Assembly (NCBI GenBank): GCA_943356495.1
Contig: CALRFF010000002.1
Location: forward strand, 12,596 to 76,595
From: Candidatus Nomurabacteria bacterium
GTDB taxonomy: Bacteria; Patescibacteriota; Minisyncoccia; Phycocordibacterales; SBAW01
Length of the DNA: 64,000 bases
Direction of reading: 5' to 3'
Each line of letters opens with the position of its first letter. Position 1 is the first letter of the stretch. Shown piece after piece: positions 18,780 through 26,245 of this stretch. The notes under the pieces were generated by a model, which saw only the letters and a list, made by a program, of their open reading frames with translations, was not told where the DNA came from and searched no databases. The translations under genes and the position numbers were made by a program.

Positions 18780-19647
18780 CGCTCCACCGGGCAAAAATGC
18801 CGCAAGGCAAGGCGCGGCCCGCAGTATCGGCAATGGCAAGGTCGCCGTACTCTATTTCGCCGCCGAATTTTTTTACAAACTGCTCGAGGTTGTATGCAAA
18901 CGCCAGCGATGAGTAGCCGGCTGCGTATCCGTTGATTAAAAAGAATGCAGGTGTGTCGCTCAAAAGCTCACCGCACAACTTAACAAGCTCGACAAAATCT
19001 TCTTCTATCTTCCACAACTCTTTTTTTGGGCCGTGGCCGAACGCCGGCGGGTCCATAATTATCCCGTCGTACTTTGCCCCCCTTTTTATTTCGCGTTTTA
19101 CAAATTGCAGCGCGTCCTCGACAATCCAACGGACAGGTTTGTCCTCCAAACCGGAGAGTGCGGCATTTTCGCGCGCCCACGCGACCGCAGTTTTACTTGC
19201 GTCGACATGCGTTACCGATGCGCCCGCTTGCGCCGCGGCAAGCGTCGCCCCGCCAGTGTACCCAAAAAGATTTAAAACAGTGTTTGGTTTTTGCGCGGCA
19301 ACCCACTCCCAGTTAGACAGTTGTTCAGGGAAAAGTCCTGTGTGTTTAAAGCTAGTAGGCTTAATTAAAAACTGCAGACCGCCAAGAGTTATCTGCCAGC
19401 TCTTCGGTAACTCTTTTTCAATCCACTTCCCCTGCCTACCGGCAGGCAGGCTTCCCTGCCCTTTTGTTCTTTCGTAGCGGCCTTGGGCTTTGGCCCACTC
19501 GGCTTCGCCCAACTGCTTTTGCCACAAAGCCTGCGGGTCGGGGCGCGCCAATAGTACATCGCCAAAACGTTCAAGCTTCTCTTCCCCACCGGAGTCGAGC
19601 AGCTCGTAGTCTTTGCTTGGGTTGGTGGTGAGGGTTATCTGTTTCAT
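18769..19647 (-). CDS. Class I SAM-dependent rRNA methyltransferase, RlmI/RlmK-like
   Basis: VLNLFGYTGGATLAAA SAM-binding motif and IIMDPPAFG; 292 aa; contains GC palindrome copy 2 in frame. Confidence 0.7.
   Translation of the reverse strand: MKQITLTTNPSKDYELLDSGGEEKLERFGDVLLARPDPQALWQKQLGEAEWAKAQGRYERTKGQGSLPAGRQGKWIEKELPKSWQITLGGLQFLIKPTSFKHTGLFPEQLSNWEWVAAQKPNTVLNLFGYTGGATLAAAQAGASVTHVDASKTAVAWARENAALSGLEDKPVRWIVEDALQFVKREIKRGAKYDGIIMDPPAFGHGPKKELWKIEEDFVELVKLCGELLSDTPAFFLINGYAAGYSSLAFAYNLEQFVKKFGGEIEYGDLAIADTAGRALPCGIFARWSATS
19430..19450. repeat. GC palindrome copy 2, embedded in frame in the methyltransferase CDS (encodes LPAGRQG)
   Basis: CCCTGCCTACCGGCAGGCAGG. Confidence 0.6.
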
Positions 19648-19655
19648 GTGAAATA

Positions 19656-19729
19656 TGGTCGGGGCGCCCAGAATCGAACTGGGTCATTCTGCTCCCAAAG
19701 CAGACGTACTACCGGTATACGACGCCCCG
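19656..19729 (-). tRNA. tRNA-Pro (anticodon UGG)
   Basis: Acceptor CGGGGCG/CGCCCCG, anticodon loop TTTGGGA, T-arm GGTTCGATTCTGG; CCA encoded. Confidence 0.85.
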
Positions 19730-19748
19730 AATGTCTTTTATGTGTCCT

Positions 19749-20144
19749 TTAGAGTATTACGTTCTCTATAACCTCTACTTTAGCCCGCCGAGTCGAAAAA
19801 TCCAAGTAAACACAAGCTAAATCGATCTGCCACGGCCGCCGCTCGGGTACATGGTGGTCCAATAGATAGGTTTGCACTGCCCTATGGAGCCTTTTGAGCT
19901 TAGCAGGATGCATATTTTCCTCCGGCCTTATCCGCAAACTGGCAGATGTTTCGCGTGAAACCGACTTTACCTCGACAAAACTAAGCAAATCCCCTTTTTC
20001 TGCAACGATATCTATCTCTCCCCAAGGCTTGAGGTAATTACGCTCAAGTACCCGAAATCCCCTTTTTTCGAGCCATTTACAGGCGACATCCTCCCCTATA
20101 TCGCCTATTTTCCTCTTTATTGTCCTTTTGGAGTCAGTTTTCAC
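19749..20144 (-). CDS. YraN/UPF0102-family endonuclease
   Basis: 131 aa, IGDIGEDVACKWLEKRGFRVLERNY..GEIDIVAEKGD..VFVEVK matches YraN family. Confidence 0.8.
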   Translation of the reverse strand: MKTDSKRTIKRKIGDIGEDVACKWLEKRGFRVLERNYLKPWGEIDIVAEKGDLLSFVEVKSVSRETSASLRIRPEENMHPAKLKRLHRAVQTYLLDHHVPERRPWQIDLACVYLDFSTRRAKVEVIENVIL

Positions 20145-20332
20145 GGGAAACGTCTAAATATGTTACTAAGTAACAAAAACGGCTATTTTACCTGAAAAAG
20201 GCATGAAGGACAGGTTTTTAGTGTCTTTTAATGCACATGTCCCCAACCTTATCCACAGCTTTTGGGTTTTTTGTTGCCCCAAAAGGGGATTTTTGTCCCC
20301 ACCCTTGCTGTCTTTGAGAAACTGTTACTGCT

Positions 20333-20406
20333 TGGTGCGGTCAGGGAGAATCGAACTCCCGCCTGCTCCTTGGCAAGGAGCCGTCCTACCACTAAACTAT
20401 GACCGC
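20333..20406 (-). tRNA. tRNA-Gly (anticodon GCC)
   Basis: GCGGTCA acceptor, anticodon loop TTGCCAA, T-arm GGGAGTTCGATTCTCCC, CCA encoded. Confidence 0.85.
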
Positions 20407-20472
20407 GAGTGAGGTATCGAGTACAAGCTTGCTTGTACTTCGACCGAGCGAGCGGGGCATATCGAAGATATG
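20404..20472 (+). repeat. Copy B of the structured intergenic element family, forming the spacer between tRNA-Gly(GCC) and tRNA-Arg
   Basis: GCGAGTGAGG..CGAGTACAAGC tt GCTTGTACTTCG..CCGAGCGAGCGGGGCATATCGAAGATATG. Confidence 0.55.
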
Positions 20473-20514
20473 ACCGCTTGCGATGAAGACTATATCATAA
20501 AATCTGACCTCTTG

Positions 20515-20586
20515 TGCCTCCGGAGGGACTCGAACCCCCAACAACTGCTTCGAAGGCAGCGATGATATCCATTTCACCACAGAGGC
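20515..20586 (-). tRNA. tRNA-Arg (anticodon UCG)
   Basis: GCCTCTG acceptor, anticodon loop CTTCGAA, T-arm GGGGGTTCGAGTCCCTC; CCA not encoded. Confidence 0.8.
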
Positions 20587-20606
20587 CTGCCTGCCGGCAG
20601 GCAGGC
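20585..20606. repeat. GC palindrome copy 3 (GCCTGCCTGCCGGCAGGCAGGC), abutting 5' end of tRNA-Arg and 17 nt upstream of cca
   Basis: Perfect 22-nt palindrome sharing the 13-mer CCGGCAGGCAGGC with copies at 30-50 and 19430-19450. Confidence 0.7.
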
Positions 20607-20622
20607 GTGCTAGAATCATGCC

Positions 20623-22095
20623 ATGCAACTGCGCCCCAGCCAAATACCCGCCGAGGTACTGCGGGTGGTGGAGGGCCTAACAAAAGGGGGGTTTGAGGCA
20701 TGGGTAGTAGGGGGGTGCGTACGCGACCTTTTACTTGGCCGCCGACCTAACGACTGGGATATCACGACCAACGCCAACCCCGAGCAGATACAAGCCTTGT
20801 TCGAAAACACCTTTTATACCAACGAATTTGGCACCGTCGGTGTAGTAAACGACGCTGTTGTGGACGAAACGCTAAAGGTGGTGGAAGTTACTCCCTATAG
20901 GCTAGAGGGGAGGTATAGCGACGCCCGACGCCCGGACAGTGTCATTTTTAGCCAAAAAATAGAGGACGATCTTAAGCGTCGCGACTTTACTATCAATGCG
21001 CTTGCTTACGATCCCACTAAAGGACAGTTAATCGACCTGTATGACGGTATAAAAGACATCTCTGCGGGCCTTATACGGGCCGTAGGCGAGCCAAAATTAC
21101 GTTTTGACGAGGATGCACTGCGCATACTGCGCGCCGTGCGTATCGCCGCCCAGTTGAGTTTTACGATAGAGCTAAAAACAGAGGAGGCAATGGGGGAGAC
21201 CGCCGCCCAGCTAGGAAAGATCTCTAAAGAGCGCGTCCGCGACGAATTTGTACGTATTATCAACTCGCAAAAGCCTATGGATGCCCTTATTTTGAGCCAT
21301 AAACTGGGCATTTTGCAGTACATACTGCCGGAGCTCGAGGAGGGGATAGATGTCGAGCAAAATCAGGCCCATAAATACGATGTATACGAGCACAACTTAC
21401 GCGCACTCCAACATGCAGCCGATAAGGAGTGGGGTTTCGACGTCCGGCTAGCCGCACTACTGCACGACATAGGAAAACCCAAAAGCCGGCGCTGGTCGGA
21501 CGACAAAAAGGACTGGACCTTCCACGGCCACGACGTCGTAGGGGCAAAAATGGCCAAAAAGATTCTTACGGACCTTAAATTTTCACGTGAAACGATAGAA
21601 AAAACGGTAAAGATGGTGCGTTGGCACATGTTCTTTAGCGATCCGGAGAAGGTAACGCTCTCGGCGGTGCGCCGTATTATCGTTAATGTTGGCAAAGAAA
21701 ACATAGATCAGCTTATCGAGCTGCGTATCTGCGACCGTATAGGCACCGGCCGGCCTAAAGCACAGCCGTTCCGCCTACGTAAATACCAAGCGATGATAGA
21801 CGAGGCTTTGCGGGACCCTATATCGGTCGCCATGCTCAAAATAGACGGTCACCGGTTGATAGAGATGGGGGAGAAGCCCGGCCCACGGCTGGGTTGGACG
21901 CTCCACGCATTGTTGGAGGAGGTGCTCGAAGACCCTACAAAAAATACTGCCGAATATTTGGAAGGGAGGGCAGACGAGCTGCTTGAGCTGACTGACGCTG
22001 AGCTCAAAACGCTCGGCGTAGAAGGTAAGGAAAAGAAAGAGGAGCTAGAGGAAGCGGAGATAAAAGACATTCACAAGAAGCATTTCGTAGACTAA
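20623..22095 (+). CDS. cca: CCA-adding tRNA nucleotidyltransferase with HD domain
   Basis: GGCVRDLLLG..DWDI head motif, HD domain LLHDIGKP; 490 aa. Confidence 0.85.
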   Translation: MQLRPSQIPAEVLRVVEGLTKGGFEAWVVGGCVRDLLLGRRPNDWDITTNANPEQIQALFENTFYTNEFGTVGVVNDAVVDETLKVVEVTPYRLEGRYSDARRPDSVIFSQKIEDDLKRRDFTINALAYDPTKGQLIDLYDGIKDISAGLIRAVGEPKLRFDEDALRILRAVRIAAQLSFTIELKTEEAMGETAAQLGKISKERVRDEFVRIINSQKPMDALILSHKLGILQYILPELEEGIDVEQNQAHKYDVYEHNLRALQHAADKEWGFDVRLAALLHDIGKPKSRRWSDDKKDWTFHGHDVVGAKMAKKILTDLKFSRETIEKTVKMVRWHMFFSDPEKVTLSAVRRIIVNVGKENIDQLIELRICDRIGTGRPKAQPFRLRKYQAMIDEALRDPISVAMLKIDGHRLIEMGEKPGPRLGWTLHALLEEVLEDPTKNTAEYLEGRADELLELTDAELKTLGVEGKEKKEELEEAEIKDIHKKHFVD

Positions 22096-22380
22096 CAAGA
22101 GTATAAAAGACACTTGTCCACAGGTATGTCCTTTACAGTGTCCTTTATAACCGTATTATTACTCTTAGATAAAAAGTTTAGCTAATTCCTTTAACCCTGT
22201 AGGAGTTGGTATTAAACATCAGTTCATTCGTTCACGACATGTCAGGGTCGTTTCTTAATCTCATTGTCAACGTCGAGCAGTGTGGTATTCCCTCACTCTT
22301 CGAAAAAATTGTGGAATTTACCACACGTTAGTTCTTCGCAGAACCGCAAGGTTCCCGGTTTAAGAAACACCGACCCCGTA

Positions 22381-22414
22381 GCCCGCCAACCTCTGTGGCG
22401 GGCTTTGTATTTCT
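22381..22414 (+). terminator. Plus-strand rho-independent terminator ending a ~290-nt AT-rich untranslated region after cca
   Basis: GCCCGCCAACCTCTGTGGCGGGC then TTTGTATTTCT; on the minus strand the hairpin is not followed by a U-run. Confidence 0.6.
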
Positions 22415-22415
22415 A

Positions 22416-23219
22416 CTACTTAAGCTCTATAACCACCGGGCAGTGGTCGGAGCCGTAGACCTCGGGCAGGATGTACGCCTTTTTTAAACGGGGGAGGAGT
22501 TTTTTAGAGACGAACCAGTAGTCGATGCGCCAGCCGACGTTGCGTGCCCGCGCATTGGCCCAGTGCGTCCACCACGTATAGTGACCGTTACCTTTAGGTA
22601 CAAAGTGACGGAACGAGTCTGCAAAGCCGGCTTTTATTATATTGTCGATGCCCTCGCGCTCCTCATCGGTAAAGCCGTGCTCGCCGACGTTGGGCTTGGG
22701 GTTGGCTAGGTCATCCTCGGTGTGCGCAACGTTGAGGTCGCCGCTAAAGAGGACCGGCTTTTGTTTATCAAGACGCTTCATGTACTCGAGAAACGCCGGA
22801 TCCCATTGCTTGTGTCGCAGACTAAGCCGCGAGAGATCGTCTTTGCTGTTGGGTGTATAGGAAGTAACGACAAAAAAGTCTTCGAGCTCGACGGTAACCA
22901 CACGTCCCTCGCGGTTGGGGTCGCCATAACTGTCGTCGTGCAATTTATATTTTTTGCACAGATCCTCCGGCAGACCGTGCATCTCATCTATTACTTCGAT
23001 GTCCTTTTTTACAAAAATGGCCGTGCCGCTGTAGCCTTTTTTCTCAGCACTGTTCCAATATTCCTCATACTCTTTTAAATCAACTTCCGCTTGCCCCCGC
23101 TCGGCCTTGGTTTCCTGCAAACAAACAACATCGGGCTTATACGCCTTCATAAAAGCTTGGAAATCACCCTTCTTAACGACCGCGCGTATGCCGTTGACGT
23201 TCCATGACGCAAGCTTCAT
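22416..23219 (-). CDS. xth: Exodeoxyribonuclease III
   Basis: WNVNGIRA, LQETK, GSDHCPV endonuclease/exonuclease/phosphatase motifs. Confidence 0.9.
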   Translation of the reverse strand: MKLASWNVNGIRAVVKKGDFQAFMKAYKPDVVCLQETKAERGQAEVDLKEYEEYWNSAEKKGYSGTAIFVKKDIEVIDEMHGLPEDLCKKYKLHDDSYGDPNREGRVVTVELEDFFVVTSYTPNSKDDLSRLSLRHKQWDPAFLEYMKRLDKQKPVLFSGDLNVAHTEDDLANPKPNVGEHGFTDEEREGIDNIIKAGFADSFRHFVPKGNGHYTWWTHWANARARNVGWRIDYWFVSKKLLPRLKKAYILPEVYGSDHCPVVIELK

Positions 23220-23326
23220 ATCGAGACAATACCATATTGTTCTTTCATAAAGTCTTCAGACAAGCTTGGCTATACATACGAGCGGACTGCACCTCTGTCG
23301 GAAGGGGAGAGAAAGTGAAAAGACTC

Positions 23327-23617
23327 ATGGCTGCCCAACCTGACTTGACGACCGCCCAAGCGCGTCTTGACGCTTTGCTGCCGGACCCGCGGGGCAAAAC
23401 CCTTATCGAGCTCATACAATGGGTTATTGCCAACGACTCGGACTATAAGGGCCTGGAGGAACGGGAAATCTTTGTCAAAGCCTGCGGCGACCCGAAGGAA
23501 GGCCTAGCCAAATACAAAGAGGCCTGCAAAACCGGTGACGACGTATGCGTACGCACTTTCTGCCTCGCACGTATGCACAAGCTAACAAAAGGCATACTTG
23601 CCCAACCCCTCGCCTGA
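23327..23617 (+). CDS. Hypothetical protein (~96 aa)
   Basis: ORF with typical codon usage; start uncertain (ORF extends upstream over xth start). Confidence 0.3.
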   Translation: MAAQPDLTTAQARLDALLPDPRGKTLIELIQWVIANDSDYKGLEEREIFVKACGDPKEGLAKYKEACKTGDDVCVRTFCLARMHKLTKGILAQPLA

Positions 23618-23639
23618 AATACGGCGGGGGATTTCTTTA

Positions 23640-24521
23640 TTATTTTCTTCGTTGACCGTGGAATTTTTTGTGTATCTCGCGCAAGTGTTTGTCGGTAACG
23701 TGCGTGTAGACCTGTGTAGTGGCGATGTTGGCGTGGCCGAGGAGCGCCTGCACACTGCGCAAGTCGGCGCCGTTTTCTAAAAGGTCAGTGGCAAAGCTGT
23801 GACGGATAACATGCGGAGTTACTTTGCGGGTAATACCGGCCGCGATAGCGTGTTTTTTGACTATGCGCTCAACCGAGCGCGGAGTAAGAGGAAAGAGCGC
23901 GTCACTGTCGAGGTCGGTACGCTTTTTTTCGTACGCTCTCAAAGCCTCCTTCGCACCACTACTTAAAAATACTACCCGTATTTTTTCGCCTTTGCCGCGC
24001 ACGCTAAACTCGTCGCGCGAAAGATCGAGGTCGCGGTTGAGCCGGCATAGCTCGCTTACGCGCAAACCGGTGCTAAACAGAAGCTCCATAATCGCCTTAT
24101 CGCGCAGTGCCGCGAGGCCCGTGCCCTTAACATTGATTAAACGGTTTAACTCGTCTGTCGAAATCAAATCCAAATCTCTCGCGCCCACTTTAGCCAACTC
24201 GATGCGCTCGGGATTTAAACTTTCAAAATCGCGCTTGCGCAAAAACTTTAAAAACGCGCGCAAACTGATCATGTAGTAGTTTTGCGTCTTATGCTTCATC
24301 GTGCCGGTCGTACCCGCCTGGCGATTAAGGTGTATGCGGAATTCGCGCACCATCGCCTCGGTAATTTTGGCAGGGGAGGACACCTTAGTGTGGGTAAGAA
24401 AGCGGGTGAGGTACCTATCATAATTCTCGACCGTCTTAATAGAACGGCCCTTCTCTATCTCCAGATACTCCAAAAACTGGTTCTTGAGCTCGTGTAGTTG
24501 GTTTGGTGCCATGCGTCGCAC
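23640..24521 (-). CDS. Tyrosine recombinase, XerC/XerD family
   Basis: N-terminal SAM-like core-binding domain; C-terminal catalytic R..HxxR..Y (HVIRHSFAT, LGHANIATTQVYTH). Confidence 0.8.
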   Translation of the reverse strand: MRRMAPNQLHELKNQFLEYLEIEKGRSIKTVENYDRYLTRFLTHTKVSSPAKITEAMVREFRIHLNRQAGTTGTMKHKTQNYYMISLRAFLKFLRKRDFESLNPERIELAKVGARDLDLISTDELNRLINVKGTGLAALRDKAIMELLFSTGLRVSELCRLNRDLDLSRDEFSVRGKGEKIRVVFLSSGAKEALRAYEKKRTDLDSDALFPLTPRSVERIVKKHAIAAGITRKVTPHVIRHSFATDLLENGADLRSVQALLGHANIATTQVYTHVTDKHLREIHKKFHGQRRK

Positions 24522-24579
24522 AATATTTTAGCACTCTTTTTGCCATATTCTATATATATGGTGTTTTGCGGGGCACCCC

Positions 24580-24608
24580 TTGCGGAAAAGTCGTGCGCGT
24601 GATAGAGT
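24580..24608 (+). promoter_or_regulatory. rpsO promoter TTGCGG-N17-TAGAGT, hexamer 6 nt before ATG; upstream GGGGCACCCC hairpin may be an S15 autoregulatory leader
   Basis: Spacing and hexamers read directly; leader function inferred. Confidence 0.4.
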
Positions 24609-24614
24609 GCTGAC

Positions 24615-24881
24615 ATGCTGACCAAGCAGAAAAAGGCTAAAACTATAAAGGAATCCGCTGTTCATGATAAGGACACCGGCTCTCCCGAGGTGCAAATCGC
24701 CCTTTTGTCGAAGGGAATTGAAGAGCTTACCTCGCATTTGAAAAAGCACTTGAAGGACAAGCACAGCCGCCGCGGTCTCCTCCAGATGGTGGCCGATCGC
24801 CGCACCCATTTGAAGTATTTGGAAGGTAAAGACAAAAAGCGCTACAACGCTATTGTGAAGAAGCTCAGTTTGAAGAAGTAA
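24615..24881 (+). CDS. rpsO: 30S ribosomal protein S15
   Basis: GSPEVQIALLS..HSRRGLLQMV..RYNAIVKKL. Confidence 0.9.
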   Translation: MLTKQKKAKTIKESAVHDKDTGSPEVQIALLSKGIEELTSHLKKHLKDKHSRRGLLQMVADRRTHLKYLEGKDKKRYNAIVKKLSLKK

Positions 24882-25002
24882 ACTTTTTTGGGCGTTTGTG
24901 TAAGAGCTTCACTACTTCTTCGTATATACTAAGGTAAGGTCTATTTTGTATTGGTTGGCGCGTTCTTTTTATTTTGTTCGTAATTGTTTTAATTTTTATG
25001 GC

Positions 25003-25060
25003 CTAGCGAAGCAGGCAAACGAAAGTTTACTTTCGATTTGCTGCGAGCGACGGACATATT
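25003..25060 (+). repeat. Copy C of the structured intergenic element family, directly upstream of the NYN-domain gene
   Basis: CTAGCGAAGCAGG..GCAAACGAAAGT tt ACTTTCGATTTGC..TGCGAGCGACGGACATATT. Confidence 0.6.
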
Positions 25061-25066
25061 CCTAAT

Positions 25067-25735
25067 ATGGCTATCATTAAGCATAAAAGCCAGCGTGTCG
25101 GCATTTTTATAGACACGCAAAACCTGTATCACTCGGCGAAGAATCTTTACAAAAGCAAAGTTAACTTTGGCGCAGTAGTTAAAGAAGCAGTGGCGGGGCG
25201 CAATCTTATCCGCGCCATCGCCTATGTTATCCGCACCGAAAGCGAGGAGGAAAAGGGTTTTTTTGAGGCCCTGAACAAGCTGGGTATCGAAACCAAAGTC
25301 AAAGACATCCGTATCTTCGCCGGCGGCGCCAAAAAGGCCGACTGGGACATCGGCATGGCTATCGACGCCGTGGCGATGGGCCAAAAGCTCGACACAGTAA
25401 TCTTGGCAACCGGCGACGGCGACTTTGTACCTTTGGTTGAGTATCTTAAGTACACCTACGGTGTACAAGTTGAGGTTATAGCCTTCGGCAAATCGTCCTC
25501 GGGCCAGTTGCGCGAGGCGGCCGACGACTATATCGACATATGCGAAGACCCGCGTGCCTTCCTTATAGGCTTTCGCGGCGGGGTAGGGCGCTACCTCGGG
25601 CTTGGCGGCAAGTCCGGCAATGGTGGCGGCAAAGAGGGCCGCATAGACGCCGACACCAGTATCGAAACCACCGAAGCGCCCGAGGAGTGGAACGGCCAAG
25701 GGGAGGACCCCGCTATCCGCATGTCGGGTGAATAA
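25067..25735 (+). CDS. NYN-domain (LabA-like/DUF88) protein with Gly-rich C-terminal tail
   Basis: VGIFIDTQNLYHS.., AIAYV.., LATGDGDFVPLV NYN/PIN-like motifs. Confidence 0.7.
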   Translation: MAIIKHKSQRVGIFIDTQNLYHSAKNLYKSKVNFGAVVKEAVAGRNLIRAIAYVIRTESEEEKGFFEALNKLGIETKVKDIRIFAGGAKKADWDIGMAIDAVAMGQKLDTVILATGDGDFVPLVEYLKYTYGVQVEVIAFGKSSSGQLREAADDYIDICEDPRAFLIGFRGGVGRYLGLGGKSGNGGGKEGRIDADTSIETTEAPEEWNGQGEDPAIRMSGE

Positions 25736-25753
25736 CTAAAACATTTAATTTTT

Positions 25754-25792
25754 GAAAAGCCCTGATGCTCCTTGCGAGCATAGGGCTTTTTC
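25754..25792 (+). terminator. Rho-independent terminator
   Basis: AAGCCCTGATGCTC cttgc GAGCATAGGGCTT then TTTTCG. Confidence 0.7.
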
Positions 25793-25830
25793 GTTACTGT
25801 AGCGGCAGAAGGAAACTACAGGGGAGAGTC

Positions 25831-26202
25831 ATGAACGACCAAACAATGAAACTGTGCCCGCAGGGTGTTTGCGTGTGCGGCGCCAGTTCGACAAACAACT
25901 ACCAGCACGACCCGGACTGCCGCTCCAATGCGCCGTGGCCGATTGAGCACACAGCCCATTACTGGAACTACGGTGCCCAAGATGCACTGAGCGGCAAGCT
26001 ACACCAACTCGTGGGTATGCTTAAGCTTACCCAGCCGAGCGTTCAGCAGAAAGTCGCTTATATGCAGGGGTGGTTCTGCACTCGGCGCAAGCTGCATCGC
26101 GGGTCGGAGCGCACTCTGCAGTCGCTCGACCAAGCCATCGACCTTGCCAAAGGCCGACAGCAGCGCGACCACGTCACGCTCGATCCCAGCCCCGCCACAT
26201 AG
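25831..26202 (+). CDS. Cys-rich hypothetical protein (123 aa), monocistronic
   Basis: GGGGAGAG Shine-Dalgarno 3 nt before ATG (unlike most neighbours); flanked by terminators on both sides. Confidence 0.45.
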   Translation: MNDQTMKLCPQGVCVCGASSTNNYQHDPDCRSNAPWPIEHTAHYWNYGAQDALSGKLHQLVGMLKLTQPSVQQKVAYMQGWFCTRRKLHRGSERTLQSLDQAIDLAKGRQQRDHVTLDPSPAT

Positions 26203-26220
26203 GCGGGGCTTTTTCTTTTT
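26189..26220 (+). terminator. Rho-independent terminator (stop codon lies in loop)
   Basis: GCCCCGCC acatag GCGGGGC then TTTTTCTTTTT. Confidence 0.85.
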
Positions 26221-26245
26221 ACGTGCTTTCTGTTACAGTTTCACG

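Noticed and set aside
23640-24521. Xer-type tyrosine recombinase as a marker of a mobile element
   Set aside because: Single recombinase with no phage or transposon genes and no direct repeats found around it. More consistent with the chromosomal dimer-resolution Xer of a reduced genome. The adjacent AT-rich spacer is left as a weak hint only.
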